Assembly: GCA_964016885.1 (NCBI GenBank)
Contig: OZ024745.1
Span: 51,274,001 to 51,338,000, forward strand
DNA: 64,000 bases
Reading direction: 5' to 3'
Source: Eledone cirrhosa
Taxonomy: Eukaryota
Shown: positions 26,375-40,915 of the stretch, piece after piece
Numbering within the stretch: position 1 is the first letter of the stretch
Layout: each line of letters begins with the position of its first letter
The notes under the pieces: model-generated
The model's database searches: none
What the model saw: the letters and a program-made list of their open reading frames with translations, nothing else
What the model was told of the DNA's origin: nothing
Translations under genes and position numbers: made by a program

Positions 26375-27610
26375 TGCGCATGTATATGAAGGATATCAAG
26401 CTGTACGCTGCCAAGTGATAAGGTGAAACATTGCTGCAGATCGTACATGGATTCACGAAAGAAATTGATATGTAATTTGGATTATATAAAAAGTGCCAAT
26501 CAAAATTAAATAGAGAAAAATTAGTTAAAGAACGCTAGATCCCGATACACAAAAAAAAAAAAAAAAAAAGAATTGGATCAAACAAAAGCATACAACGATA
26601 TAGGAATCAATGAATTAGACTAGCTTCAATACACATTGATCAAAGAAAAGATTACTAAGGAATATTACATACGGATTAGATTATTATTCAAGACATGTCT
26701 TAACCCTTTAGCATTTACATTACTCTATATATACTATTGTATTTTTGGGGTAAAGACTTTATCTTACATAATATCTCACATAATATCAAATCTATGAGAT
26801 TTTGATATTATATATTTTGAAAACATAAACTTAACATCGGTATGAGTGGTCAGATATGGCTGAAAAGTCTGAAAAGAAAGAGGTGAGAAAATTTTGGGTG
26901 GATATAGCCGGTTTGAATGCTAAAGGGTTAATGCAATGAACATGTTAATAGGCATCAACACTTCAGCGGTCCAAACTAAAATATACTGTTTTGCTATTGT
27001 GAACAAGTCATTAAAAAAACTAGCAAGCATAAAATCAAAACAAAGTGACTTGATAACTGTATTTAGAATACACCACCCAAAACTAGTTGTAGAAATTTAA
27101 TACCTACACTGAACTCAGTTAGGGAAGTGCCTTATACAACTTGAAAACCATTCTAAAATAACCACAGTATGACTATACATCAAATGAAGAATAATAGAAA
27201 GTTACAACATATAGTGAGAAACATGAACAAAGAAAATAAATTATTTTTGTCTTTAAACAAGCAAACAAGTTTCAAACATTCAGATCTCCAGTAGGTTGGA
27301 AAGATAACTCCCCACATGGCCAATACTCGAAAATCTTAATAGGCTGAGAGTGGGCAAGCAAAATTTAAAAGAGTTGCTCAGAAGCGGTGAATTAAAAGCC
27401 TGGACTGAACGAATTCTAATTGTAGCATAAACTTTCATCTCTAGAAACTAGCATATGTTAATAATAAAGTAAAACAGAATAAAATGACTGAAGATCATGT
27501 GGAGTTGTGTAAGAAACTATTAACCCCACTGTCTCTAGCTAACCAGGCATAGCACAAACAGAATATATCCTCAGACAAGAAAGGTATGCCAACACTGCGA
27601 AATACTAACG
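26375..27610 (+). mobile_element. Highly decayed R4/Dong-like non-LTR RT fragment
   Basis: Remnant motifs YMKDIKLYA (from YMDDIKLY), DM*FGL..KC, KEYYIRIRLL..L-NA....INT and HHPK...LYL...GxxLIQL. Confidence 0.65.
26704..26927. mobile_element. piggyBac-type MITE
   Basis: TTAA target duplication at 26700-26703 and 26928-26931, with 12-bp TIRs CCCTTTAGCATT / AATGCTAAAGGG. Confidence 0.85.
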
Positions 27611-27621
27611 GAAAAGTGATA

Positions 27622-27661
<40 letters not shown>

Positions 27662-27923
27662 ACAAGTATGGCAAAACAACGAAACTCTTGGGATATGCCA
27701 ATACATATAGACAGAGAGATTTTATCGACCTCAATATTTGACTGGTACTTATTTTATCGCACACGGGAAGGAGGAAATTCAATTTTTATTTCCACGGGTT
27801 TTAACGTTAGAACATAATGAGCAATGTATTTTGTTCAATGCTCAAAAGATTTTCTAATCCATCGATCTAATTAAGTCCTAAGAACATCAGAAACAACAAC
27901 AAAAACAACAAAACTATGGCTAA

Positions 27924-27995
<72 letters not shown>

Positions 27996-28129
27996 CATTG
28001 TTGTTGTTATGTTGCTGATGATGATTATATTTGTAGTGGTGGTTGAAGGGAAAGCCAAAAGGAAAAAATATAGCAACAAATTTACTAAAACAAAGAAACA
28101 AGACAAAAAAGAAAAACAAAACGAAATAG

Positions 28130-28231
<102 letters not shown>

Positions 28232-28232
28232 C

Positions 28233-28266
<34 letters not shown>

Positions 28267-29202
28267 AAATTTGAAGCATACATACCACACAAACAGCAGC
28301 AATAACAATAACAACAAAAGAAACAATTGACTTAATGAAGATATTCATATGGATTCCGTGATAATAATGCAGCTAAAAACTATGGCATTGGGACTGATTA
28401 TAGCTTAATGATGAGAAATATATTTTCGCTCCGTTTCTCGGTGGATAAATTGTGATGGAGAAGCCACACGCAATTGAGACTTAGATGCTTCAAATGTGAC
28501 CCATAGGGATCCATGCTTTCACAAATTACTGAGCTTAGCTCACAAAGTAGAAATCTCATGCATAAGTAATATTTATGTCTTTTGACTTTCGCTTTCATAT
28601 AGCATAGAGTGAAATTCTCCTAACGGGTATATACACGTACATACGCAAACATGTACATACGCACACACATTCTCTCCTCTCTCCCTCTATTTCTCAGATA
28701 CACATATATATATGCATACACAAACACACTCACATCCCACAATAGATACACATATATGTGGGTGGGGATGAGAGAGAAAGGGGAAAAGTAAGAGAGTGAG
28801 AGATTAAGATGTAGATAAACAAAACCTGGTTAGAAGTTATAGAGCAAAAAATATTTGCTGTGACCTGTTTCGTATGCTTCACATTCTGAGTTCGAAGTCA
28901 GCTGTGTTTGTGGGGATAGAGTTTTAGATTGGCACTGTTAATATTTTATTGATAAAGATGGAACGTTTGAGAAATATTCCACGGAAGGAATCTGAATTCT
29001 TATGAAACTAATATGGAAATATGGAACGCTGACACAAATACTGGGTTATACATTTTTTTAGAGACCTGAATGGATTAAATTAACTATTGTGACTGACTGG
29101 GATGAATATTATCTCTTACACAACCATTTTTAAGCCACTATAGACAACGAGCTTTTAGTAATTATGATGACAACATGGTAGTATTATGTTTTCGTCATAA
29201 AT

Positions 29203-29332
29203 GGGATTGGTAGTATCGGTAGAAGGGTCGGACGCCATGCTTTGCAGCATAGAGTTACAAGGTCGATAAAATAAAGCACCAGTAATGAACTGAGATAATT
29301 GCTGGCCTTGTACCAAAAATAGAAACAATTAT
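29203..29332 (+). mobile_element. Internally deleted tRNA-derived SINE
   Basis: Head attggtagtatcggtagaagggtcggacgcc joined to the body ggtcgataaaataaagcaccag. The B-box region is missing. Confidence 0.8.
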
Positions 29333-29465
29333 TGTTTTATTCGCTCACCTTCTACCACTGGTAATATATTACTGTGTCAGTTGTTCACTGCCTGTGACCT
29401 GAAGTAACAATCCTTATTTTACAATAACCTTCATAAATGTAAATATGGGTCAGATCGAATAAAAA

Positions 29466-29850
29466 TAATTGTTTCTACTTTTGGCACAAGGCCAGCAATT
29501 ACTCAGTGTATTACTGGTACTTTATTTTATCGACCCTGTAAGGATGAAAGGCAAAGTTAACCTCGGCGGGATTTGAACTCAGAATGGCAAGGGACGTAAC
29601 TCTATGCGTCAAAGCATGGCGTCCGACCCTCTACCGATACTGCCAATACACCCGAATAAAAATAATTGTTTCTATTTTAGGTACAAGACCAGCAATTACC
29701 CAGTACATTACTGGTACTTTATTTTATCGACCCCGTAAGGATGAAAGGCAAAGTTAACCTCGGCGACATTTGAACTCAGATCATAAAGGGACGTAACTCT
29801 ATGCTTCAAAGCATGGTGTCCGACTCTCTACCGATACTGCCAATCCACAG
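29466..29850 (-). mobile_element. Two tandem tRNA-derived SINEs
   Basis: Two complete reverse-complement copies (29466-29647 and 29662-29850), separated by a repeated ataaaaataat spacer. Confidence 0.9.
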
Positions 29851-29861
29851 CCCTATAAAAA

Positions 29862-30195
29862 TAATAACATTCGATTCGTTTGCGAGAAAACGGCCGCACT
29901 TATGCTATGCTTTGTTTTCGTCATCTGTTTGTAGCATCTAGGAACAATTAACATGTTTATGGGTCATTTCTCTTCACGAGAACTTGCCAAAAAAGAAAAC
30001 AAAATTAGAATTTGAATATTTATCTACTATGTTATAGCGAAAATTCAAATTCTAATTTTGTTTTAACTTTTGAAATGACCCAGAAAAACATGTTGATTGC
30101 TCCACGATGGCACTGTTGAACAAACAGATGATGATAGTCATCAAAAACAAAGTATAAGTGAGGACGTTTGCTCGCAAACGAATCGAATATTATTA
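29862..30195. mobile_element. Foldback MITE (about 330-bp imperfect palindrome)
   Basis: Outer arms attcgattcgtttgcgag / ctcgcaaacgaatcgaat. Inner arms aaaacaaaattagaatttgaat / attcaaattctaattttgtttt. Confidence 0.8.
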
Positions 30196-30203
30196 TTATT
30201 ATT

Positions 30204-30390
30204 CGGTGGATTGGCAGTATCGGTAGAGGGTCGGATGCCATGCTTTCCAGCATAGTTACGTCCCTTTATGATCTGAGTTCAAATCCCGCCGAGGTTGACT
30301 TTGCCTTTCATCCTCACGGGGTCGATAAAATAAAGTACCAGTAATGCACTGGGTAATTGCTGGCCTTGTGCCTAAAGTAGAAACAATTAT
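30204..30390 (+). mobile_element. tRNA-derived SINE
   Basis: A-box-like TGGCAGTATCGG, B-box GAGTTCAAATCC and core gcctttcatcc..ggggtcgataaaataaagtaccag. Flanked by an attattattattcg duplication. Confidence 0.9.
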
Positions 30391-30415
30391 TATTATTCGA
30401 TATAACCTACATTTA

Positions 30416-30523
<108 letters not shown>

Positions 30524-31102
30524 ATATATATATATATGTATCAATTGATAACCCAATCGTGAGTCAAGATTACATAATCCATTATCTTGCACTAATTGGA
30601 AAGCAATCAAATATATTTTTGACTGACAGATAGAAAGCAGGAAAGAATTCCAATAGCTTTTAAACCTATCAAGGAGAAACATTATCGTATTAAGTTTTAA
30701 CATTTATATTAGTACCGAATTCATGGGCATCATATTTCTTTACCAGTTCATAGTACAAGATTGATTTTTTAAAGAATTGATGAAATAAAATACATATAGC
30801 ACAAACGGAGAAATGTGCAAACTTCCACACGAATATCTCAATTAGATATGTGAACAAACAAGTTAAAATAAACAAATTATCAGAAAAATTATCAATTTAA
30901 TGTTGAAAATGTGACGAGCTAATTTTGTATGTACTATTAGAATAGTTCACACCGAAAGCAAACATATTATGCATAATTTATTTATGTATATATATATATA
31001 TATCCAGGGAGTGTAACGTGAAGTTACTGTAGGTTCATCCAGGTGAGCACTCGATGTTTAGATTCAAGTCTGTAGCGAGGTGTGGAACTAAACAGAGTGT
31101 AA

Positions 31103-31146
<44 letters not shown>

Positions 31147-31271
31147 TATTAGAGAGAGAGAAACGACATATTCAGCGCTGCCTTTGGAACTGATCTATGT
31201 CGACCATACAGATCACAAATTTCTGGTGTTTAGTTGACCACTTGAAATTGCCGACAACCTACTCGGACACT

Positions 31272-31456
31272 ATTGGCAGTATCGATAGAGGGTCGGACGC
31301 TATGATTTGCAACCTAGAGTTACGCCCCTTTAAGGTCTGAGTTCAAACCCTCCGAGGTTAACTTTGCCATTCATCCTTACGGGGTCGATAAAATAAAGCA
31401 CCAGTAATGCAGTGGGATAATTGCTGTCCTTGTGACAAAAACAGAAACAATTATTA
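31272..31456 (+). mobile_element. tRNA-derived SINE
   Basis: Same head, core and gaaacaatta tail as the other copies. Confidence 0.88.
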
Positions 31457-32559
31457 TCTATTAACCTACAATATCTCCTATTTAGATTGTAATTGGATAA
31501 CTTGATGCGGTTTAACCATACTAAAGAAATGCAGTTCTGACACATCAGAGAGTTAGACACGTCTGGCTGGTTTTATGTGGCTCTTGTACACTCCTCTATC
31601 TGCTAGCTGCAACCTGTATCGGTGTGCAACCAAGATACGTTATAATCTCACACTAACAGTAAAATTCTGTCGGAATATCTCCCAACACCTATAGAAATCG
31701 AGCCACCCCGCTACTGGTTTCAAGTCCAACAGAACGATTCCAATTTTTGATCCCAAACAGAAGAACCTCTTTGATAAAACTCGATATCTGTTATTGTCAA
31801 TTTCGTCTGTCAGTGCTCGCCTAACTGAATCTCCAAATCGGTCTCTTTAATCCTTTTCGTAATAGCAATAATATATCCAGCCCCAAGTAAACAGTTTCCT
31901 GTCTATATATCTTATCTAAGGTCACCATATTTTAGAAGGTTTAATCAATTAAATTGATAACAGTTCTGTCATTTTGCCTTCGGTGAAATAGTCAGAGATA
32001 CATTTGACTTTAGTGAGGTTTGAATTAATATTATTAGGTAGTGTCACGGAACTAACTCCCGGAAGGTATTTCTGCTGCAACAACAACAACAACAGCAACA
32101 ACAGCAACAACGTAATTGCATGGTTTCGTGTAATTTACGCAGTAAATTAGGCAAATATTTTATGGCCTGAACCTGCAGTCAAATCATTGGAACTGAAATT
32201 TGGAAACATTGAAAACCACGTAGAAGTCTTGTTCCCCCTCTCTGACTGTAGATTTAATTTAATGGAAACCGGGTAGAAGACTTTATTCCTTTCTCTCGCC
32301 GTAGATTTAAAATCTTACCCACTCTAAAAACAACCGCATTGATCATGTGTATCTATAGACAAGCACACCTTATTTTAAGCTTCTGAATCAGGTATTCTGT
32401 TTGTACAGACTTTTATTAGTTTTCAAAGCACAGAAATGGATCATAGCTGATGTTCCACCTCCTGAGTTTTAGTTTATGAAATAAAAAAAAGGACAGTAGT
32501 CATATAATAATAATGGCAACAACATCAATAATAATGATGATGATTATGATTATGATGAT

Positions 32560-32640
<81 letters not shown>

Positions 32641-32895
32641 TGTTATTATTATTTTGATAGTGGCAACGATCTTTATCAATATACATTTGGAAAGGTATAT
32701 AGGAAACATTCGGAATCGATACATAAATGTATAAATACATACAAAGGAAGGTATAAAGCGATAAATGGAGTCAATTGTTTGGCCTTTACTTATCACTGTT
32801 ATTCGTCAAAGAAAGATGCACCCTATTAACGACATAGAGGGAGAGAGATGTGGAAAGATATATATATATATATAGAGAGAGAGAGATGTGGAAAG

Positions 32896-32930
<35 letters not shown>

Positions 32931-33148
32931 AAAAGAGAGTGTGTGCGAGATAGGTAGTGAAACAAAGAACAAATAAAATAAATAATTGGAAAAACGTTGA
33001 ATATTTCATGTGTTACCCAACGGAATTGTCGAGATAATTGACATAGGAACAACACAGAAATGAATCTAGGTCGCTTAGGCGTGTAAACAAAAAATATATT
33101 CCCCACTTCTCATATAAGCCTACAAAAATACATTATATGTGCCCCCCC

Positions 33149-33186
<38 letters not shown>

Positions 33187-35393
33187 GTTTAAATTTAGTG
33201 GTTTTTATATACAAGAGAGAACATAGGGGAGAATGCAGTACAATAATGATGTATATTAGTTTAATACTTGGTATTGTAGGAAAGGAGTGTTAACGTTTAG
33301 GATGTTAGTCCTACATCGGAAGATATGAACGATAACAGAATAAGTAGAAAATTCGATGACAGTGGGAAACGAAAGGAAATGTCAAATATAAATATATATC
33401 ATTATCATCATTGCGACCACAGTCCAACATACCTGCCAAAGTCTTTCCACAATTCACGATTTTCTGTTGTTCTAGCAACTACTCCTTACTGAGGTTTGTA
33501 TCGTTCGAGAGTTGATCGATGGAGGTTCGAACAAGTTTTCCTCTACTGAGTCTCCCCTCAGTTGGTTCTGACAATAGCTGCTTGTGTAGAACTTCTTGCT
33601 TACTTCTCCAGCAATGTTCTGCAAATCGTGACCGTCTTTGAGCAATTGTCGTTATCTTGGGCAAGTATCCGTACACATTTTCGTTTGTAATACGAAGACG
33701 TCAGTTTATGTGTGTGCACCATCTAGTTTCTTCTCATGTGCTTTGGTCAGAGTCCATATAATAACACTGATCTAACAGATGCTGTAAAGAATGCTATTTT
33801 GTTTTATCTGGGAATATTTGACTTCCATATACTTTCTGTTTGTTTCATTGCAGCCCAGACTTCGGAAATTCTAATGTCACTGTCTGTTTTTTATGAACTC
33901 ATACAGTATCCAAATAAATAAAATCCTTAACTCAATTTAGTATTCCACCATCCAGTCTGACAACATTTCCATCTTGTTGGTTTACTGACATGTACTCTGT
34001 TTTCTGTAGAGTATATATCTGTAGACCAATTTTCCTAGCAGAGAATTCGACTGTATGAAGGAATTCTTGAACTTGATCAAGGGTATTTGATAGAAAATCT
34101 ACGCCATTAGCAAAATCTATATCACATATAACAGTTATTTGGGTTCGCATACTTCTCCTTTGTGTGAATGTAAAGCTGAGATCTTGTTCATTAACAATGA
34201 CGTCCCTTATGGTATAGTCCGGAGCGATAATGAAATGATATGGTGCCAATGTGTCCCCCTGAAAGATCACTGCTAGTATTTCAAATAACTCGGTATCACC
34301 ATCAAGAGAGAGAACTTGAGCTTCCATGTTTATGTAGAATACATTTATAGCAGAAATATGGCATCAGGTATGACACATGCAACTAGTATTGACATAAGCT
34401 TTCCTCTATGGATGGAGTATAAATCGTTTTTGAAGTGAGAGAAAGTTAGTACATGTTTCAAGATTTTTGATCTGCTGCCTTCTAGTCGCCTTCGTAAATC
34501 AAATTTGTGAGACTGAAGAAAGAAATCCAACCATTTTGATTTATTCAAAGTTTCGCATCTAGACGTGGTTATATCATACTGTTGTAGATTTTAACTGCAA
34601 CTACTAACAAAGTAATTCCTCTGTAATTTGTTTTATATCACCAGATACCCGTTTGGGGTTGAGGTACTATTCCTCCTTTTCTCCAGATTTCTGATACATC
34701 TCCTTTAAAGGCTTTTTGGCAGATTTCAAGCAGCTCATTGTCCATTCATAGTTTCCACACTTCTGTTTCCAGCGTGTAGCTTTCTTGCTTTGTGGTGATT
34801 TGATTACATTTTTCAACTCCTGCATTGTAAAACCATAGCATCAATAGGCAGTGGGTGAAATACCTTGTCAATATTTCTTTCAAGTATCAAGGGAGCTTGT
34901 CCAAGTAACTTAGAAAAATGCCACTTCCACAACTTTAGTCTTTCCTCGAAGCTTTCGACTTTATCTTATCTTGGTTGGATTTCTTTCTTCCAGTTATTTC
35001 GATTAATGTAGCTTTCTTGTTCTTTGATATAAGCGTCATCCAGATTCCTTTTAGCTTCAACTAGCAGAATGGTCCGGCGTTGCTCGGGATTTGCTCTAGG
35101 GTTCTTATATATTTGATATATATGTATCCTTATCGTGTCTCGTGAAATAAATATGTTTGTTTATATTTTGTTATTGTGTATGCAAAAATATCTGTACACG
35201 TGTATATAACAGTACAAAGAAATACGGAATACCACGGCCTCGGGATGATGTCTACATTTTGTGCTTATAAAAAAAATCGTCGTACATTACCAGGGTTTTT
35301 TCCGTGCGAAGAAAATCAATACTATATCGCGAAATAAATACTTTTGTTTATATTTTATTATTGTGTATGGAAAAATATCTGTTCACGAATATA

Positions 35394-35442
<49 letters not shown>

Positions 35443-35552
35443 AATTAATATCTAGTAACATGTATATACATACAGATGCATATCTATGCGAGCAAATATA
35501 TAGGTTTTGTCTTAGTAACTTTGTGGTTCAATGCATGGGGTTGCAGAACAAT

Positions 35553-36020
35553 AATATGAGAGACGTAAAATAAGAAAATTATAAAATTAACTTACTTACT
35601 AAAATATCACTTCCAACTAATTAGTTTCTGGAATGGAGTAAATATATTTTCCCAAGAAAACATAGAGAAACATTCCGTCGCAGGCAGGCCGCTGTCTTAT
35701 TAGCAAACCACTTTCCACTGATTGACCTCGATGTCACGTGATTGATTCTTTTTGAATTTGCCACCGACGTAGAGGAAGTGATTTTCTCAATGGCTAGGAA
35801 TTCAGTCCACGCTTTGCTATTTTCTATCCACTGAATTATTTTTTAATAAGTTTCCAGTGTCCACGCTTTGCCTGGTTACTTAGATGAGAATAGTCTTCCC
35901 TGACGACGGAATGTTTCTCTATGTTTTCTTCGGAAAATATATTTACTCCATTCCAGAAACTAATTAGTTGGAAGTGATATTTTAGTAAGTAAGTTAATTT
36001 TATAATTTTCTTATTTTACG

Positions 36021-36030
<10 letters not shown>
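35553..36030 (+). mobile_element. Penelope-like remnant with an inverted terminal copy, ending in (TA)n
   Basis: 35553-35685 is the reverse complement of 35899-36030. Contains a hammerhead motif. Confidence 0.7.
35895..35974 (+). ncRNA. Type I hammerhead ribozyme motif
   Basis: cttcc-CTGACGA-c-ggaatg...cattcc-a-GAAAC-taatta-GTT-ggaag. Stems I and II pair perfectly and stem III is the palindrome ACTAATTAGT. Confidence 0.75.
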
Positions 36031-36113
<83 letters not shown>

Positions 36114-36119
<6 letters not shown>

Positions 36120-36412
36120 AAGAAATTAAAAGATGGTTAGAAAAATTCCATTTTATTATGCGCATTTCAAAAACAAATATTATCCAGGGACGATATTTGC
36201 GTTCTCATCAGATAAAATAGGGATACATGATATGAAGCTTAAAAAAGACACTTGTGAGCAAGGTAGTGTTTTTAAAATGCGCATAATAAAATACTTGGAA
36301 CTTTTCTAACCATCTTTTAATTTCTTCTTATATATACTCCAGTCCAATAAACTGTTGAGTTGTACTTATCCGATATTTGCATTGCTTTATTGTGCTACAA
36401 TAAAACTCACCT

Positions 36413-36420
<8 letters not shown>
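36114..36420. mobile_element. Short inverted-repeat insertion between (TA)n tracts, probable Penelope-like remnant
   Basis: 36114-36176 is the reverse complement of 36267-36334. CTGATGA occurs on the minus strand near 36204-36210. Confidence 0.5.
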
Positions 36421-36478
<58 letters not shown>

Positions 36479-36604
36479 GATAACAGATTAAAGTTTAAGC
36501 AAAGAATCGCTGCTTTCACTCTTAACGAGATCTTCTTAAACCCCCCAAAAAATCAATCTGTGAACGCAGAAGTAAATATTTCGAAAAACGTTACACACTA
36601 TACA

Positions 36605-36660
<56 letters not shown>

Positions 36661-38369
36661 CTACGTCATAATGTCGTAATACAGACAGCCAGGTATACAG
36701 GCAGATATTATAAGGGTGCAACGTTATATCTAAGTATCTATCTAAAAAGAGAAAGACTAAGAGAGAGAGAGATCGCTAAATCGCCTTGGGCATTGAAAAT
36801 TTGAAAGCTGCTTGTTTCATTCAATCGGATGAAGCATGTGTTTAGAATAGGTACTTTTTATTCTTTCCTTACTACTTCTTATTTTTACCACCGAACCTTC
36901 TTTGCTTTGCGCTGTTTCATAGATATGTGCAGTTCCGCAACCTTTTTAAATTCTTCAATTATGTTTTCATACATTGTCTTGAGATTGGTCATGAAGGGCA
37001 TGGCATCTGTTTCTAATTTCAACTGTGTAATTTTCCCTGATATTCTCATTTGGGCTTAGTGCACACTAGTCAAATGGAATTTTTCTCTGTCTTGTTAGGT
37101 TTGTTACATCTTCCTTAGTGATAATCCGGTTCTCGCTGTGATAGTACGATTATCTGAATCTAGTAGTAAGAAATAGTTATAATCTCCATAGTTCATTTTA
37201 CTATTTCTTCAGTTATTATTTATTAGAATATAATCAAGTTGACTTCGGGCACCATTTTGATATTTTAATGCCCACAACTTTCCTAGGTCTTTCTTACACT
37301 TAACTTCCAAATCATTCAGATTACATTCATTCAAAAGATCCAACAATTATACTCCATTTATACTTGTTTTGTCATGAAAGTAAAACCCTTTAGGTTTGTC
37401 TTTTTCTATCTTTGCATTAAAATCTTCTGCAACAAGAATTAAGTTAATTTTGAGGTCTTCCCGATCAAACCTGAAGGCTGATTGTAATCATTTTCGGCAA
37501 TCTCTAATTCTGCAGTATTTGTAGGACTCTAACAACAGATTATAGTAAGCTTCTTTTTACATTGAAAGTTGGTATTATTATTCCTGATGTTTTGGACTCA
37601 ATACAGCGAAAGATTCTTATGGTTTTGGACTTAAAATAATGCTTACTCCTGCAAAAGTTGAATTGTTTATAGCCTACTCAGCTGAACTAGACACAAGTTT
37701 TAAGCCTTTTCTTAAATCATGATATGTGATGTTATCATGAAGATGGTAATACCAATGTTCTTGTACAAATGTAACTTTACGCGTGTAAAGTTCACAGAAT
37801 GCTGTAAGTTTGTTGATTCTGTTAATGGTATTTAGTGTTATTGTGTTGAAAGAAATTATATTCATAAATTTCTTGCATTTCAGTAGGGATCCAGTAATGA
37901 ATCATTCGACGCTGACTTTATTTCATATTGTTGATCTACGCGACGAGGTATACGGTATTGTGAATTATGTGGTTCTATCCTGGTTTGTTTTTCAGTTGCT
38001 AATATGAACAAGGGGCGCAACTCCACCTGTAAACCTGTAGTTCCCCACTAAATAGAGCGTATGTGCCTAACTATTGTCAAAACAAATCATCATCTGCACA
38101 ATCACAATGGCCCTCGTGCCAATACAACAGTTTGTCGTCTGCCAGCTTGAACTCCTGTATACCCACAGGAAATATACAGGTTTATGAAGGTTGATTCCTT
38201 TTTGCCGTATCTCTAACGGGGGTGGCGCAACAGCATTATGATTTGCCAAAGGGTAATCCGTAACTATAGGGGGACGACACACACTTTTATCTTCTACCTC
38301 ACAGAGGAAATATTTCTTCATAATGTCTTAGATTATATAATTTTATATTCGGATATTCTCAGTTTCTGC

Positions 38370-38451
<82 letters not shown>

Positions 38452-38596
38452 AATGGAATAGAATGAAACGAAATTTCATTTCTCACTCTTAGTTTGGCAC
38501 TTACATAAATGTAAGTATGTATGCATGTATACGCACATACATATATGTATACAGACGTACAGTAGTATGTATATATATATATACATACATGCACAT

Positions 38597-38715
<119 letters not shown>

Positions 38716-38766
38716 TGTATATATATATGCATGTATACATACATACATACATACATACATACTTAC

Positions 38767-38842
<76 letters not shown>

Positions 38843-38848
<6 letters not shown>

Positions 38849-39773
38849 AATGAAGAATTAGAAATAGAAGTTAGGAATATCCGTCTTCATTTGTCTACTA
38901 GCCATCATAGGTATTTCTTCGCATGACAGACAATATACCTCCAGCTAGGGCGATGCAATAACTAAAATAAGTTATTGGGATAAAAAGAGTTGGGTGGAAA
39001 AATATGTCTTCTTTCTCCGCCCAACTCTTTTTATCCCAATAACTTATTTTAGTTATTGTATCGCCCTAGCTGGAGGTATATTGTCTGTCATGCGAAGAAA
39101 TACCTATGATGGCTAGTAGACAACTGATGACGGATATTCCTAACTTCTATTTCTAATTCTTCATTTATTATACTTAATTGCAACAACACAGCACGCCATT
39201 TTTCATTCATATATGCTTTCCCCTTCGCTCTGACCAGTCTTTTTTCTCTTCCCTTACTGCTATCCTCTGTCTCTCTCCCCCTTCTCTCTCCTTCACCCTC
39301 TTACTTTCACTCACCCCCTCTGCTAGTCACCATCTCTCGGCTAGCCTCTTCCTCGCACTTTCACTTACTCCCTCTCTGCTACTCACCCTCTCTCTCACTG
39401 CCTCCATCGTCCCACGCCGTACAAGATCCTCCCCCTCGCTCACATCCGCACGGCCAAGATGTGTCTTTGCCTTCTCGTCAAAATTCGCCAGTTCTTATGT
39501 TCGAAATGAATTATTGACTTGATTTTCTCATTTTTTCCTCTCTTTACGTTTTCTCCCCATTCGTGTCTATTTACATGTCTCTCTTTCTCCACCCAACTTT
39601 TTTATCCCAATAACTTATTTTAGTTATTGTATCGCCCTAGCTGGAGGTATATTGTCTGTAATGCGAAGAAATACCTATGATGGCTAGTAGACAAATGAAG
39701 ACGGATATTCCTAACTTCTATTTCTAATTGTTCATTTATTATACGTAATTGCAACACAGCTCGCCATTTTTTA

Positions 39774-39780
<7 letters not shown>
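38843..39780 (+). mobile_element. Penelope-like remnant: inverted plus direct pseudo-LTR copies in (TA)n
   Basis: 38843-39000 is inverted relative to 39013-39172, and a direct copy follows at 39585-39780. (TA)n lies on both sides. Confidence 0.65.
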
Positions 39781-39842
<62 letters not shown>

Positions 39843-40150
39843 TATTTACGTATCGAGTGAGAGAAAAAAAGGGAGGATAGGTGATACATGTAGTTATTTG
39901 CCAAGTAGCGTATGCCAATGGTGCTCGATACTAGTGCCGGCAGTATTAAATATTCGAAGTGTGGTTGTAACCACATCTTGTAACGGATAAAAATTTGTCC
40001 GGGAAAGACTGCCCTAACACCGGCCAGAGTTACCTCCCTTGACCTGCTGCAAAATCAAAACACGCTATTTTTGCGAGCAATGAATCTTGATGTGAACCTA
40101 ACCCCCAAAACTCTTTCCGAGCAATGTAAGGAACACTTTTGGTTATTTAT

Positions 40151-40190
40151 GCCCTTGAGAAGCCCAACTGGGCGAAACGTACGTAGGTGC
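40151..40190 (+). ncRNA. Degenerate minimal hammerhead motif in a (TA)n-flanked insert (39840-40245)
   Basis: gcc-CTTGAGAA-gccc aact gggc-GAAAC-gtac-GTA-ggt. Stem II and the palindromic stem III are intact but the core is non-canonical. Confidence 0.45.
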
Positions 40191-40244
40191 TGTTTTAAAT
40201 AAACATGTTTTAACGGTCTATTCTCCGATTTCTTACTTTTCCAC

Positions 40245-40300
<56 letters not shown>

Positions 40301-40377
40301 ATATATATCTATATATCTATATCTATATATATATATAATATAGATATATCGATGTATATATATATGTATATATATCA

Positions 40378-40409
<32 letters not shown>

Positions 40410-40433
40410 CGATATATATATACATATACATAT

Positions 40434-40548
<115 letters not shown>

Positions 40549-40603
40549 TATATATTACATATATATATATAATATATATAATATACATATATATTTATAT
40601 TAT

Positions 40604-40674
<71 letters not shown>

Positions 40675-40786
40675 ATAGGAGGTCAATTATATGTACAAAC
40701 ATTGAAAAATGCTCCGAAGACTCAAAGCCTAGGTTTGGATGAATCAATTGTAAGTGAATAAATGCTTTGAACATAGCTTTGATTCT

Positions 40787-40915
<129 letters not shown>

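Larger units (their letters stand above)
33398..38320 (-). mobile_element. Decayed RTE-clade LINE, interrupted at about 35.05-36.78 kb by later insertions
   Basis: APE remnants (SFNTITL..QEH at 37674-37865, EDFNAK, SQLDYIL). RT remnants (QGDTLAPY, DIDFA.., KTEYM at 33932-34327). C-terminal RFAEHCWRS at 33479-33676 and a short (GAT)n tail near 33400. The 5' boundary is approximate. Confidence 0.8.

Noticed and set aside
30204-30295. tRNA gene
   Set aside because: A and B boxes are present, but this is the SINE head and no proper cloverleaf forms.
39120-39150. CTGATGA as a hammerhead core
   Set aside because: No properly placed GAAA or stems, and the other two copies read ATGAAGA.
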